DNA of 63,103 bases, filler included, from Acidimicrobiia bacterium (GCA_041619515.1; 4 parts of 4 records of this genome joined end to end with filler, not necessarily neighbours in it), one strand, 5' to 3'; positions 39,402-51,100 are shown, counted from the whole stretch's first letter. Program-made: numbers and translations. Notes: generated from the letters alone by a model not told the origin.

Positions 39402-40163
39402 GTGAAGATAGTCCGCACCCGATCCACCGGCGATGAGATCGCCTACGGGGGAGTCGAACCGGAGGGGATCCGTATCTATCGGGGGAGCCCGTTCGTGGCC
39501 TGGGAGCCGACCGATGTCGTCGTCGACTTCGAGGAAGCCCGCCTCCTGTCGCCGACCATTCCCACCAAGGTGGTCTGCATAGGCCGCAACTACGCGGGCC
39601 ACGCCGCCGAGCACGAGGTTCCGGTGCCCGATGAGCCGATCATCTTCATCAAGCCATCCACTGCAGTGATCGGGCCGGCAGCTGCCATTCGCATCCCGCC
39701 CCATTCCCAGCGGGTGGAGCACGAGGCCGAGCTGGCGATGGTCATCGGTCGCGTGGCCCGCAACGTCGCCGTAGAAGATGCGGGGTCCTATGTGCTCGGC
39801 TACACGGTGGGCCAGGATGTGACGGCCCGGGATCTCCAGCGGCGCGACGGCCAGTGGACCCGGGGGAAGGGCTTCGACACCTTCTGCCCGCTCGGTCCGG
39901 CCATCGAGACCGAGTTCGATCCCACGGAGGGCCAGCGTATCTCGTGCCGGGTGAACGGTGAGCTCCGCCAGGATGGCACACTGTCGGACATGGTCTTCGG
40001 CCCCGCCGAGCTCGTTGCGTTCATCAGTGGGGTGATGACGCTGCTGCCCGGCGATGTCCTCTTGACCGGGACCCCCGAGGGAGTGGGGCCGCTGACCAGC
40101 GGGGACCTGCTCGAGACCGAGATCGAGGGGCTGGGGGTCTTGCGGAACCCGGTGCGAGCGTGA
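39402..40163 (+). CDS. fumarylacetoacetate hydrolase family protein
   Basis: GRNYAGH, EAEL, DVTARDLQ, KGFDTFCPLGP, TGTP. Confidence 0.93.
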   Translation: MKIVRTRSTGDEIAYGGVEPEGIRIYRGSPFVAWEPTDVVVDFEEARLLSPTIPTKVVCIGRNYAGHAAEHEVPVPDEPIIFIKPSTAVIGPAAAIRIPPHSQRVEHEAELAMVIGRVARNVAVEDAGSYVLGYTVGQDVTARDLQRRDGQWTRGKGFDTFCPLGPAIETEFDPTEGQRISCRVNGELRQDGTLSDMVFGPAELVAFISGVMTLLPGDVLLTGTPEGVGPLTSGDLLETEIEGLGVLRNPVRA

Positions 40164-41602
40164 GAGCCCGCTTCGCACCCTCGCCCACCGGCTTTCTTCA
40201 CGTCGGCAGCGCCCGGACGGCTCTGTTCAACTGGCTGGCGGTGCGCCACGCCGGCGGCGAGTTCGTCTTGCGCTCCGACGACACCGACGCGGAGAGGGGG
40301 TCCGACGAGTACTACCAGGATGTCATCGACGGGCTGCGGTGGCTGGGCCTGGATTGGGACGAGGGTGTCGAGGTCGGTGGCCCGCACGGTTCGTACCGAC
40401 AGAGCGAGCGCCTCGCTCGCTACCAGGATGTCGCCGAGGCACTGCGCCGAGCCGGCGCCGCCTACCTCTGCTTCTGCACGACGCCAGAGCTCGAGGAGCG
40501 CCGCCGGCAAGCACAGGCCGAAGGAAAGCCCCCCGGCTACGACGGGCGCTGCCGCCCACTCGACGCGGCCGAATCGCAGGCCAGGCGGGAGGCCGGAGAG
40601 CAAGCCGTCGTGCGACTGGCCGTGCCCCGGCCGGGAGAGACCGTTTTCGAGGACATCGTCCGGGGGGAGGTCAGATTCGACCACGACCACGTCGAGGACT
40701 TCGTGCTGCTGCGCAGCAACGGCTCACCTACCTACCACCTTGCCAGCACCGTCGACGACGTTGACTTCGAGGTCAGCCATGTCGTCAGAGGCGAAGACCT
40801 GCTGTCGTCCACGCCCAAGCACATTCTCATCACCGTCGCGATGGGTGCCGAGCCGCCGAGCTATGCCCATCTGTCGCTCCTCATGGGGCCGGACGGAAAG
40901 AAGCTCTCCAAACGGCACGGCGATACCGCCCTGCACTCCTATCGGCGGGGTGGCTACCTCCCCGACGCCTTCGTGAACTACGTCGCCCTCCTCGGGTGGA
41001 ACTTCGGCGACGACGAAACGGTCTTCGCTCGCAGCGAGATGGTGGAGCGCTTCGATCTGGGCGATATCCAGAAGAACCCGGCCGTCTTCGACAACGAGAA
41101 GCTGACCTGGATGAACGGGGTGTACATCCGCCAGCTGGAGCTGGACGATTTCGTAGACCGCACCCGGCCGCTGGTCGAAGCCGACCTGGCCCGCCCGCTG
41201 GACGAAGCCGAGCAGGCAACCTACCGGGGGATCGCACCGTTCATACAGGAGCGGATGAAGGTCCTCACCGAGGCGCCCGAGCAGGCACGATTCCTGTTTG
41301 TCGACGTGGTCGAATACGACGCCGGCGCCTGGGAGAAGATTCTGACCAAGCCGGATGCCCGGAGCGCCCTCGAGAGCGCCCTGGCCAGGCTGGCGAGCCT
41401 GGATGAATGGCAAACCGATGCAATCGAGCGTTCGCTGCGGAGCATGCTGGAGGAGCTCGAGCTGAACGCCCGCAAGGGATTGCAGCCACTGCGGGTGGCG
41501 ATCACCGGCTCGTCGATCAGCCCGCCGTTGTTCGAGTCCATGGAATCCCTCGGCCGAGCTCGTACCCTTGCCCGGCTCGAAGACGTTGTGAAGCGCCTGT
41601 GA
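40160..41602 (+). CDS. gltX: glutamate--tRNA ligase
   Basis: RFAPSPTGFLHVG and KKLSKR. Confidence 0.96.
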   Translation: MRARFAPSPTGFLHVGSARTALFNWLAVRHAGGEFVLRSDDTDAERGSDEYYQDVIDGLRWLGLDWDEGVEVGGPHGSYRQSERLARYQDVAEALRRAGAAYLCFCTTPELEERRRQAQAEGKPPGYDGRCRPLDAAESQARREAGEQAVVRLAVPRPGETVFEDIVRGEVRFDHDHVEDFVLLRSNGSPTYHLASTVDDVDFEVSHVVRGEDLLSSTPKHILITVAMGAEPPSYAHLSLLMGPDGKKLSKRHGDTALHSYRRGGYLPDAFVNYVALLGWNFGDDETVFARSEMVERFDLGDIQKNPAVFDNEKLTWMNGVYIRQLELDDFVDRTRPLVEADLARPLDEAEQATYRGIAPFIQERMKVLTEAPEQARFLFVDVVEYDAGAWEKILTKPDARSALESALARLASLDEWQTDAIERSLRSMLEELELNARKGLQPLRVAITGSSISPPLFESMESLGRARTLARLEDVVKRL

Positions 41603-41979
41603 CCGTCGACGACCAGATCACCTTCCTCTACGTCTCCGACCTCGCCCGCGCAGCCGAGTTCTACGGTGGCGTCATCGGGCTCGAACAGGTCCTCGACCAG
41701 GGCCCGTGTCTCATCTACCGGGTGACGGCAAACTCCTTCCTCGGTGTGTGCAACCATCGCCCCGAGAAGCTGGGAGTGTCCGGTGCGCTGCTCACGTTCG
41801 TGACCGAAGACGTGGATGCCTGGCACACCCGCTTGGTTGAGGCCGGCGCCACTATCGTCAAGCCCCCGGCGCACAACGCCGAATACGAGATCTACAACCT
41901 GTTCGCGGAGGATCCCGACGGAAACCGTTTCGAGGTCCAGCGGTTCGACGATCCGGCGTGGAAGGTTGCAGACGCCTGA
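41599..41979 (+). CDS. VOC / glyoxalase family protein
   Basis: VSDLARAAEFY…DPDGNRFEV; GTGA overlap with gltX. Confidence 0.88.
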   Translation: MTVDDQITFLYVSDLARAAEFYGGVIGLEQVLDQGPCLIYRVTANSFLGVCNHRPEKLGVSGALLTFVTEDVDAWHTRLVEAGATIVKPPAHNAEYEIYNLFAEDPDGNRFEVQRFDDPAWKVADA

Positions 41980-42006
41980 GCTGTTTGTATCCTGACCGCC
42001 CACCTT

Positions 42007-42078
42007 TCGGGGGTGGTGTAATAGGTAACACAGCAGGTTCTGGTCCTGTCGTTGAGGGTTCGAGTCCTTCCCCCCGAG
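42007..42078 (+). tRNA. tRNA-Gln(CTG)
   Basis: Acceptor TCGGGGG/CCCCCGA; anticodon arm GCAGG-TTCTGGT-CCTGT; T loop TTCGAGT; CCA not encoded. Confidence 0.95.
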
Positions 42079-42102
42079 CGAGTAGCGTTGAGCTGCTCCT
42101 GC

Positions 42103-42175
42103 GGCCCCGTCGTCTAGCGGCCTAGGACGCTGCCCTCTCAAGGCAGTAACGCCAGTTCAAATCTGGTCGGGGCTA
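42103..42175 (+). tRNA. tRNA-Glu(CTC)
   Basis: Acceptor GGCCCCG/CGGGGCT; anticodon arm CTGCC-CTCTCAA-GGCAG; T loop TTCAAAT. Confidence 0.95.
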
Positions 42176-42180
42176 CCGGG

Positions 42181-42220
42181 AACGAGATTTTGACCGCCGG
42201 GGGGCGGTCAAAATCTCGTT
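42181..42220. terminator. perfect 18-bp hairpin after the tRNA pair, probably a bidirectional terminator
   Basis: AACGAGATTTTGACCGCC-GGGG-GGCGGTCAAAATCTCGTT between convergent units. Confidence 0.8.
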
Positions 42221-42301
42221 TGCCTGCCGCTCGAGAGGTTCGAGCCGGGGCGGATTGGAGCCGGTGTGCGGTACCTCTGGCGGGCACCGCGGACAGCCGC
42301 C

Positions 42302-43003
42302 TCAGGTGTTGCCGTACACGGGAACCGTTGCCCCGTTCATCACTGCGGCGTCGTCGGAGAGCATGAAGGCGATCACTGCTGCGATCTCGTCGGGCGAGGG
42401 CCAGTCCACGTAGTCGCCGTACGGCATGGCCTGGCGGGTGGCCGGGGTGTCGATGACCGATGGGAGGAGAGTGTTGGCGGTGATTTCGGTGCCGCGCAGC
42501 TCGTTGGCAAGGGACGTCGTGAGGCTCACCACGCCCGCCTTGGCGATGTTGAACGCGGCTTGGCCGGCGGGGTTGTCGATGGCAGCGCGGCTGCCGACCG
42601 TGACGATGCGGCCCGAGCCGGTCTTGCGCAGGAAGGGGACTACCGCCCGCACCGAGTAGAACGCCGACCGGAGGTTGAGATCGATCATGCGGTCGAAACG
42701 AACATCGTCGGTGTCCTCGACGTCGGTTCCTCCCGCCCAGCCGCCGACCAGCGCAACGAGGGCGTGCAGGTCTCCGAACCGCTCGACACAATCGTTGACG
42801 AAGGCCGTCACCGCGCCCGGGTCTGAGGAGTCGACCCGGCGGAGAAAGACCCGTTCCGGGTCGGGTACGAGGTCGTTTTCGAGGGCTTCAGCCTCCTCAG
42901 GGATGAGGTAGGTGATTCCGAGGTTGTAGTCCTGGGCGACGAGGCGCGGGACCAGGGCGCGGCCAAGCCCGCCGGTCCCTCCGGTGATGATTGCGGTTTT
43001 CAT
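42302..43003 (-). CDS. SDR family oxidoreductase
   Basis: TGGTGGLG; the usual YxxxK is FNIAK here. Confidence 0.88.
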   Translation of the reverse strand: MKTAIITGGTGGLGRALVPRLVAQDYNLGITYLIPEEAEALENDLVPDPERVFLRRVDSSDPGAVTAFVNDCVERFGDLHALVALVGGWAGGTDVEDTDDVRFDRMIDLNLRSAFYSVRAVVPFLRKTGSGRIVTVGSRAAIDNPAGQAAFNIAKAGVVSLTTSLANELRGTEITANTLLPSVIDTPATRQAMPYGDYVDWPSPDEIAAVIAFMLSDDAAVMNGATVPVYGNT

Positions 43004-43061
43004 TGGGCAGGATTATCGCGCAAGTGATAATGTCTGCGTGCGAAATACCTGGAGGTCGGTT

Positions 43062-44249
43062 TTGGCGACGATTGCGTTTGAGGATGTAGGCAAGATCTAC
43101 CCGGGCGGTACCCGGGCGATCGAGGGAGTGAACTTCGAGATCGGCGATGGCGAGTTCCTCGTGGTCGTGGGACCGTCGGGGTGCGGAAAGTCGACATTGC
43201 TGCGGATGGTGGCGGGCCTCGAGGAGATCACCGAGGGCAAGATCATCATCGGGGATCGCGTCGTGAACGACGTGCAGCCCAAGGATCGTGACATCGCCAT
43301 GGTCTTCCAGAATTACGCCCTCTACCCGCATATGACGGTGTTTGACAACATGGCCTTCGGGCTGAAGCTGCGCAAGATGCAGAAAGACGAGATCAAGAGC
43401 CGGGTGGATGAAGCTGCCCGCGTGTTGGAGATCACCGAGTACCTCGATCGCAAGCCAAAGGCATTGTCGGGCGGTCAGCGCCAGCGGGTGGCGATGGGAC
43501 GTGCGATTGTCCGCGAACCTGCGGCGTTTCTCATGGACGAGCCTCTTTCCAACCTCGACGCCAAGCTGCGGGTGCAGATGCGCACCGAGCTGGGCCGGCT
43601 CCACACCCGGCTGAACACAACCACCATGTATGTCACGCACGATCAGGTGGAGGCGATGACCCTGGGTCATCGGGTGGCGGTCATGCGCAAGGGACTGCTC
43701 CAGCAGGTGGACACGCCCTTCAATCTGTTCCAGGCGCCCGACAACCTGTTCGTCGCGGGATTCATCGGCAGCCCGGCCATGAACTTCGTGTACGCGACCC
43801 TGGAGAGCGACGGTGCGGGCGGCATGACGGCGTCGTTCGCCAACGAGCGGCTCACGCTCGGCAGCGAGCTATTGGCCGAAAACAAGTCGATCGCCAACTA
43901 CGCAGGCAAGGAAGTCGTGATGGGTGTGCGGCCCGCCTCCTTCGAGGATTCCCGTATCACCTCCGACATCGCCGGCCACAGTTTCGACGTCGAGCTGCAG
44001 GTCGTCGAGGTGCTCGGATCCGAGACGTTTGCCCACTTCGATCTGCCGGTGCGTCCGGTGGTGACTCCCGACATCGAGGAGCTGCTGGCCGACTCCGGAG
44101 CGGATGCAGCCTCGCTGGGAGAGAGCACCAGGATCACCTCCCGCATCAGCTCGGACGTGAGAGTCCAAGCCGGCGAGAAGATCACCATCGTCGTGGACAA
44201 CAACAAGCTCCACTTCTTCGATCCGGCAACCAACCTGCGCATTCACTGA
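43062..44249 (+). CDS. sugar ABC transporter ATP-binding protein (MalK/MsiK/UgpC type)
   Basis: [34 protein letters not shown] then TTG 43062. Confidence 0.93.
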   Translation: MATIAFEDVGKIYPGGTRAIEGVNFEIGDGEFLVVVGPSGCGKSTLLRMVAGLEEITEGKIIIGDRVVNDVQPKDRDIAMVFQNYALYPHMTVFDNMAFGLKLRKMQKDEIKSRVDEAARVLEITEYLDRKPKALSGGQRQRVAMGRAIVREPAAFLMDEPLSNLDAKLRVQMRTELGRLHTRLNTTTMYVTHDQVEAMTLGHRVAVMRKGLLQQVDTPFNLFQAPDNLFVAGFIGSPAMNFVYATLESDGAGGMTASFANERLTLGSELLAENKSIANYAGKEVVMGVRPASFEDSRITSDIAGHSFDVELQVVEVLGSETFAHFDLPVRPVVTPDIEELLADSGADAASLGESTRITSRISSDVRVQAGEKITIVVDNNKLHFFDPATNLRIH

Positions 44250-44267
44250 CCCACCGGGCGATTCGCC

Positions 44268-45014
44268 CTAGAGGCGGATGCGTTTGAATGCTTCAGCGGC
44301 CCGCAGTGCCACCGCCTCGCCCTGCCGGCCGGCCTGCTCTCGCAATCGATGTTCGAACTCGTTGCGTTCGCGGTCACTCTCCCCGGCGTCGCCCATGGTG
44401 GTGCGGTGCTGGGACTCGTGACGCAGCAGTGCCGCCAGCTTGACGGGCAGGGTGGCGGCGACGTCCTCCCAATGGTCGGGCTCGGCTGCGCTCCACAGGA
44501 GGAGGAAGGCCGGCCGATGATGAGCCAGTTCCTGCTCGGGAAAGAAGAGGTGGTCGCGGGCGGCTACGGCGCCGTCGACGACCGCCCACCCGGTGGCCCG
44601 GTGGTCCGGGTGGATCTCGTAGCGGGCCCAGGGGTCGTGGGAGAGCAGGACGTCGGGTCGGTGGGTTCGGATGAGCGCAGCCACCTGCGCGCGCAGCTCC
44701 ATCGTATTCTCGAGCTCACCGTCGACGTGGTCGAGCAGGACCACCTCGCCGGCTCCGAGCTCGGCGGCGGCAGCCCGCTGTTCCGCCGCCCGGCGCCGTA
44801 GGAGGGCCGCCGGGTCTTCCCCGGGATCCCAGGACCCCTTGGAGCCGTCCGTCATGACGGCCATCACAACATGACAGCCCGCTCGTGCCCAGCCGGCCAG
44901 GGTTCCACCCGCCCCGAACTCGATGTCGTCGGGATGTGCTCCGATGGCCAGCGCACGAGTTGGGACCGGCAGCGCCTCGTACGATGGGGCGAGGTCCGGG
45001 TGGAGGTTGCTCAC
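44268..45014 (-). CDS. PIG-L / LmbE family deacetylase
   Basis: AHPDD, HPDH, H.SQ; GTGA overlap with cofC. Confidence 0.9.
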   Translation of the reverse strand: MSNLHPDLAPSYEALPVPTRALAIGAHPDDIEFGAGGTLAGWARAGCHVVMAVMTDGSKGSWDPGEDPAALLRRRAAEQRAAAAELGAGEVVLLDHVDGELENTMELRAQVAALIRTHRPDVLLSHDPWARYEIHPDHRATGWAVVDGAVAARDHLFFPEQELAHHRPAFLLLWSAAEPDHWEDVAATLPVKLAALLRHESQHRTTMGDAGESDRERNEFEHRLREQAGRQGEAVALRAAEAFKRIRL

Positions 45015-45613
45015 ACCGGCACCTCGTGCCCGGCCCAGGGCATCCCCAGGTTGCGGGCCATGGCGAGGTCGCGGGGAGTGTCGAGGTCCAGCGCCAGCCC
45101 GGTGCGAACGATGATCTCGGCATCGCCGCCGGCCGCTCGCAGATGCCGATGGAAGCTGCCCACTCCATATGAGAACGGGAACGGCCCCGATCCCATGATG
45201 AGGGTGGTCCCGCCGTTGTACGAGGGCGCCAGCAGAAAGCGGGCCGAACCCGACCGTGCCATTGCCACCCTCAGGTCGGCGGCCGATAGCAGAGGCAGGT
45301 CGGCGTGGAGAATGAGCCAATCCCTGCCTGCCGCACCGGCGGCGGCCACGGCCGCGTTGGCAGCGCCGTCCAAGCCCGTCCCGTGCTCCGGCGCCTCTCG
45401 GACGACAATCGCACCCAGTCGTTTCGCCCATCGCTCCACACCGGAATCGCCGGTGACGACGGCCACCCGGGCGCCGGTGGCCAGTGCCTCGCCCACGGTA
45501 TGCGCCGCCACCGCTTTCCCCAGCCGAGAGCGTTGGGCGGCGTCGAGCAGCGGTTGGAGTCGGGCCTTGGCGACACCGAAGGGTTTGACCGGGATGGCGA
45601 TGAGGAGACTCAC
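45011..45613 (-). CDS. cofC: 2-phospho-L-lactate/PEP guanylyltransferase (F420 biosynthesis)
   Basis: IPVKPFGVAKARL, ADLP, GGT, SFHRH, LDLDTPRDL. Confidence 0.9.
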   Translation of the reverse strand: MSLLIAIPVKPFGVAKARLQPLLDAAQRSRLGKAVAAHTVGEALATGARVAVVTGDSGVERWAKRLGAIVVREAPEHGTGLDGAANAAVAAAGAAGRDWLILHADLPLLSAADLRVAMARSGSARFLLAPSYNGGTTLIMGSGPFPFSYGVGSFHRHLRAAGGDAEIIVRTGLALDLDTPRDLAMARNLGMPWAGHEVPV

Positions 45614-45678
45614 GGACCGCGAGGATACCGGCACGGGGCGTTCGGGTCCGGCGGTAGGTTGAGGCCAGCGAGAATGGA

Positions 45679-46665
45679 GTGACCTTGAGATTTGGAGCCT
45701 TTGTGCCCCAGGGATGGCGTCTCGACCTTGCCGGGATCGACCAATCCGACCACTGGGATGTGATGAAATCGGTGGCTGCGACGATTGAAGCCACCGGCTA
45801 CGAGTCGCTGTGGGTCTACGACCATTTCCACACCGTTCCGGTACCGAGTCAGGAAGCGACCTACGAGGCGTGGACCATGATGGCGGCGCTGGCGGGGGTG
45901 ACGACGTCGGTGCGGCTCGGGCAGATGTGCACCTGTAACTCGTACCGATCCCCGGCCTATCTCGCCAAAGTGGCCGCCTCGATCGACTCCATCAGCGGCG
46001 GGCGCCTCGAGATGGGCATCGGGGCCGGATGGTACGAGCACGAATACACCGGCTACGGGTACGCCTTCCCCAAGCCAGCTGTGCGCATCGGCATGCTCCG
46101 GGAGGGCGTCGAGATCATGCAGCGAATGTGGACGGAGGACGAGGCGAGCTACGAGGGCCGCTATTACCGGGTCGAAGGGGCCATCTGCCGGCCCCGGCCG
46201 CTCCAGCAGCCCCACATTCCCTTGTGGATCGCCGGCGGCGGGGAGCAGCTCACCCTCAACGTCGCAGCCCGGTACGCCGCGTACACCAACTTCGGTCAGA
46301 CGCTGGAGGAATTCGTGCACAAGTCGGCGGTGCTTCGGCAGCACTGCACCGAGGTCGGTCGGGACTTCGATGCGATCGTGCGGTCGAGCAATTTCAACGT
46401 TGTGTGCGAGCCGACCGAGGCCGAGGTGGAGAAGCGCCTCGAGTGGATCGTGGACCACTATCGACCACTGGTCGACGCTGATCGGCTTGCCCGGGTCGAG
46501 AAGATGTTCCGGGAAACGGCCGGCACTCCCGAGCAACTGGTCGAAAAGCTGCGTGTCTGGGGAGAGGCGGGGCTGGGTTATGCGATCATATACTTCGCCG
46601 GCGCGGCGTACGACACCTCCGGCCTCGAGCTGTTCGCCCGCCGGGTCATTCCGGCGCTCACATGA
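45679..46665 (+). CDS. LLM class F420-dependent oxidoreductase
   Basis: WVYDHFH, SGGRLEMGIGAGW, IAGGGE. Confidence 0.9.
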   Translation: MTLRFGAFVPQGWRLDLAGIDQSDHWDVMKSVAATIEATGYESLWVYDHFHTVPVPSQEATYEAWTMMAALAGVTTSVRLGQMCTCNSYRSPAYLAKVAASIDSISGGRLEMGIGAGWYEHEYTGYGYAFPKPAVRIGMLREGVEIMQRMWTEDEASYEGRYYRVEGAICRPRPLQQPHIPLWIAGGGEQLTLNVAARYAAYTNFGQTLEEFVHKSAVLRQHCTEVGRDFDAIVRSSNFNVVCEPTEAEVEKRLEWIVDHYRPLVDADRLARVEKMFRETAGTPEQLVEKLRVWGEAGLGYAIIYFAGAAYDTSGLELFARRVIPALT

Positions 46666-46704
46666 CGAGCCTCCCTCGCCGCCCCGATCGTTAGGGTTGC
46701 AGCT

Positions 46705-48126
46705 GTGAGACGCAAGACCAAGATCATTGCCACGCTCGGGCCGGCCGTCGCCAGCCTTGATGCCATCTCGCGCCTGGTGGAGGCGGGCATGGATGTTGCC
46801 CGTCTCAACTTCTCCCACGGAGCTCATGCCGACCATCGACAGAACCTGGAGTGGGTGCATGCGGCTTCGGAGAAACACGGCCGGGCGGTGGCGGTGCTCC
46901 AGGACATTCAGGGCCCAAAGATACGAGTCGGCACCTTCCCGGGCTCTCACGTCACGCTGCAAGCGGGTGACGAGGTCCGGCTACTGGCCGGCGACGAGCA
47001 AGCGGCCCGCGGGGAGATCTACATCAAGTACCTCGATCACGTGTCCAACCTCGGGGCGGGTGACGTCATTCAGCTGCTAGACGGGCGAATGAGCCTGGAA
47101 GTCAACTCCACGGCCACGGGAGTGCGTGCCACGGTGATTCAGGGTGGCAAGCTGGCAGACCGGCAGGGAGCCGCCTTCCCCGGGCTGGAGGTAGATCTGC
47201 CGGCTATCACCGACAAGGATCGTGCCGACCTCGTGGCAGGGGTGGAAATGGGTGTCGATCTGGTAGCCGCTTCTTTTGTGGGCAACGCCGCCGACGTCCG
47301 CGACGTTCGCGAGCTGGCCGGCGACACGCCCGTGATTGCCAAGCTGGAGCGGAGCGTGGCCTACCGGGCGCTCGACGAGATCGTGCGCGAAGCCGACGGG
47401 GTCATGGTGGCGCGTGGGGACCTTGGGGTGGAGTTGTCGTGGGCGGCTCTCCCGCGAGTGCAAAAGGACATCATCGCCCGCACCAATGCCGGTGGGAAGA
47501 TGTCCATAACCGCCACCGAGATGCTCGAGTCGATGAAGGTGAGCCACCGGCCGACGAGGGCCGAAGTCACCGACGTCGCCAACGCCGTGTTCGACGGCAC
47601 CGACGCCGTCATGCTGAGCGCCGAGACGGCAACCGGCAAGTACCCGATCCGGGCAGTGGAAGTCATGGACGTCATATGTCAGGAGGCGGAGAAGAGCCCC
47701 GAGCTGCATCTCATGACCGAGGATGCCTTCATCGCCCACGTTGCCCGCTTCCCGTCGGCCATCGCCAAAGCTGCGGTTGAGGTCACCCACAACCTTGGTA
47801 TCTCCAACCTGGCCTGCTTCACCGAGAGCGGGAACACGGCCCGCCTCCTCTCCAAGTACCGGCCCGAAGCCGACATCATTGCCTTCACCAACAACGAGCC
47901 CACGTTCCGGCGGATGGCCGGATACTGGGGCGTCCGGCCCCGGCTGATCGGCCGGTACGACACGACCGACGACCTCATCATTGCCGCCGGTGAGGCGCTC
48001 ATTGCCGAGGGGGTCGTAGAGGCCGGCGAGCATGTTGTGATGGTGGCGGGCATCCCGCCCAACCAGGGCGCCCAGACCAACCTCGTCCAGATCCACCGGG
48101 TGGGGTCGGGCCTGAAGCGAACCTAG
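46705..48126 (+). CDS. pyk: pyruvate kinase
   Basis: RLNFSHG, GPKIR, MVARGDLGVE, PTRAEVTDVANA, MLSAETA. Confidence 0.96.
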   Translation: MRRKTKIIATLGPAVASLDAISRLVEAGMDVARLNFSHGAHADHRQNLEWVHAASEKHGRAVAVLQDIQGPKIRVGTFPGSHVTLQAGDEVRLLAGDEQAARGEIYIKYLDHVSNLGAGDVIQLLDGRMSLEVNSTATGVRATVIQGGKLADRQGAAFPGLEVDLPAITDKDRADLVAGVEMGVDLVAASFVGNAADVRDVRELAGDTPVIAKLERSVAYRALDEIVREADGVMVARGDLGVELSWAALPRVQKDIIARTNAGGKMSITATEMLESMKVSHRPTRAEVTDVANAVFDGTDAVMLSAETATGKYPIRAVEVMDVICQEAEKSPELHLMTEDAFIAHVARFPSAIAKAAVEVTHNLGISNLACFTESGNTARLLSKYRPEADIIAFTNNEPTFRRMAGYWGVRPRLIGRYDTTDDLIIAAGEALIAEGVVEAGEHVVMVAGIPPNQGAQTNLVQIHRVGSGLKRT

Positions 48127-48180
48127 CCGGCATCGGCCCTGCGTGGGCGGCTCCCCAAGGCTGCGTTTGCGAAGCGGTGC

Positions 48181-51100
48181 CTAGGCAGGGTCGTCGGCCA
48201 GGTATTCGAGCCCCACCGGGCGCAAGATTCCCATGGCTTCTTCCAACAGCCGCTCCGCCCGTGGGCCATCGGTCGACCGCGTCGCTCGCGCCCAGGAGGC
48301 CAGGGTTACGGCCCGGTCGATGTCCTCCTCGGCAAGCCCGGCAACGGCGCGGGCAAAGCACTCGTCTGCCGTCAGGGCCGAAGAGTCGTCCTCGGCTACA
48401 ACGACCGGCCGGCCCCGCTGGGCCGCGATGAGACCGAGTACCCGCCAGGCATGCCCAATCTGCTCGGCGTTGCCCGCTTCCCGACCGTCAACCAGTGCCC
48501 CGACTGCGCAGGCGAGAGCGGTTGCGTCGTCTCCCAATCCGAGATAGGCCTCCGCCAGGAAGCGTCTTGTCTCCGACAGGTGCTCCAAACGACCGGCGGT
48601 TTCGGCCGCCTCCCGGGCGGGCTTCAACGACTCGAGAGCCTCGGCGAAGCGGCCCTGGCCTACCAGCGCCCCGCCGAGGTTGCTCAACGCCAGCGCCTCG
48701 TTGTCTCGATCCCCCAACTCTCGCTGGATCTCCAGCGACTCGAGGAAGCGGGCAGCCGAGGCCTTGTAATCACCCCGGCGCCGGGCACCCTCCCCGAGGT
48801 TGATGAGCGACGTCGCCTCGCTTCGGCGATCGCCCAGCTCCCGATCGATCTGGAGTGCGGTTTCCACGTGGGCCTCTGCGGCGCGGTAATTGCCCAGGGT
48901 CGACTCGGCCAGGCTCAGCAAGTTGAGACTGAGCGACACGCCCCGACGATCTCCAGCCGCCTCGGCCGCCGCCACCGCCTGCTGGGCTCGCTTCTTGGCG
49001 GCCCGAGTTTCCCCCGACCGGAGCGCCATCCAACCGGCGCCACGAAGGGCCTCGGCCAGCAGCTTCTGATCAGGCACCTCCATGGCCAGCACCGTTGCGA
49101 TGGCTTCCTCCGCCACCGCCATCGCAGCGGCGGTCGACCCGATGCGAGCCTCGGCGAAGAGAATGCCGGTCAGCGCCCGCGCCTGAGAGCGCAAATCCCC
49201 CGAACCCTGGGCCAGGGTCAGCATCTGCCGGTGGGCCTCGACTGCCTCGGGGTATCGGGCCGACAGCATCAGTACCTCACCCATGCCGTCGTAGGCCTCG
49301 TACGCGGCCTCATCGTCGAGACTCCCCAATTGGAGGGCATGCGAGTACGCGGCGAGCGCCTCATCGTTCGCGAACCGCAGCCGCGCCTGGGTTCCGGCTC
49401 GCACATACCACTCACCGGCTTGCAGGGAACCGGCGGCTTCGAAGTGGCCGGCGACGACGGCCGCCCGGGATTCGCTGTCGGGCTTGGAGGCAAGCCACTC
49501 GGCGACGGCGCGATGATAGATTCGCCGATCCGACTTGAGGACGCTCTCGTAGGTGACATCTCGGAGGATGGCATGCCTGAAGCTGAACTCCTGCGAGCCG
49601 TGGAAGACAGAGCGATGGTGGCGGAGCACCAGCTCGCGGCTGCGCAGTGCCTGCAGGGCCGCTTCGAGGCGACTGCGAATCTCCCCGCTCAGAGGCAGCG
49701 ATTCGTCCCAGAACACCCTCCCGACCACCGAAGCGCGCTGCAGGGTGCTCCGCTCGTGCGGAGGGAGGCGGTCCAGCCGAGCCTGCAAGAGCGCCGTCAA
49801 CGTCGGCGGCGTACGCGGCACTTTGGCGTTGGGTGGGTCGATCTCCCACTCCGGCCCCACCACCCGGATCGTGCCTTCCTCGATCATCGAACTGATCAAC
49901 TCCTCGACGTAGAACGGGTTCCCTCCAGCCGCGTCGACTATGGCGCGGCGTACGTCGGCGGGCACTTCCACCGCCCGCTGCATCACTTCGGCGATCAGCT
50001 CCTCGGTCGCCTGGGGTGAGAGCTCGTCCAACTGCAGGCGAACACCTCCGCTGCCCCAGTGCGGCCGGCGCTCGAAGAGCGTGGGGCGGGCAGCGGCGAC
50101 AGTCAGCACGGGGGCCGGTGGGCCTCCGAGGACTTGCTCGACGAGGTCGAGCGACGCGGTGTCCGCCCAGTGGAGGTCTTCGAGCAGCATCACCACCGGA
50201 GATCTCTCGGCCATGGCTATGACGAGATCCACGATCGCCTCCTCACCACGATCCCGCAGTTGCTGAGGGTCCCCCATGATCCCCGCGACGTGAGGGCTGT
50301 CTCCCATGTCGAGCCCGATCAGATGGGCGGCCCGGTGGACCGGGGCAGGACCGAAGCTGCCATAGTCCCCGAAGCCGGTCTCGAGTTTGGCGACCGCCTC
50401 GGAAATCGGCTCATCCTCTTTGATCTCAAACCGCGAGAAGACCAGATCCTTGATGAGCGCGTACGGCGTCGACTCCTGCTGCGCATCCGAACGTGCCGTC
50501 AGCACGAGGACCTCTTGCCGCTGCAGCTGCACCCAGTCCAGGAATTCATAGAGCAGCCGTGATTTGCCGAAGCCGGCTTCACCCACAACGGTCACAAGGC
50601 GAGCGGACCCGGTCTCGATGGCGGCGCCTGTGAGCTCCTGGAGCGCCGCCAGCTCGGTCTCGCGGCCCACCATGCGCGTCTCGATGCCTTCGATGCCACG
50701 CGTCTCCACCCGGAACGCCCTCGGCTGCACCCCGGTGACGACATAGGTCCGCAGCGGCGCCTGCTTGCCCTTGACGAGGAGAGCCGGCCGCTCGGTCACT
50801 GTGAACACCCCGCGTACGTGACGGTAGGTGTCGTGTCCCACCAGCACGTGGCCGATCGGGGCCGCCCCCTCGAGTCGCGACGCCACGTTGACCGAATCTC
50901 CCAGTGCCGTGTACTCGCCCGCGGTACCGATCGCGCGCAGGATCACCGGCCCGGTGTTGATCCCGATTCGCAGTCCTAGCTCGGCCTGGCCCAGTTGCCC
51001 CGCGGCAGTCATCTCCCGGAACTCCTCCTGCATCGCCAGGGCAGCGCGGATCGCATTCTCCGGATCATCCTCTCGAGCGACGCCCATTCCCCAGATCGCC

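Noticed and set aside
42103..42301. tRNA-Glu/Gln 3' ends as an integration site, and a GGTTCGAG T-loop-like word near 42237
   Set aside because: No duplicated tRNA end or integrase seen, and the downstream word does not fold into a cloverleaf.
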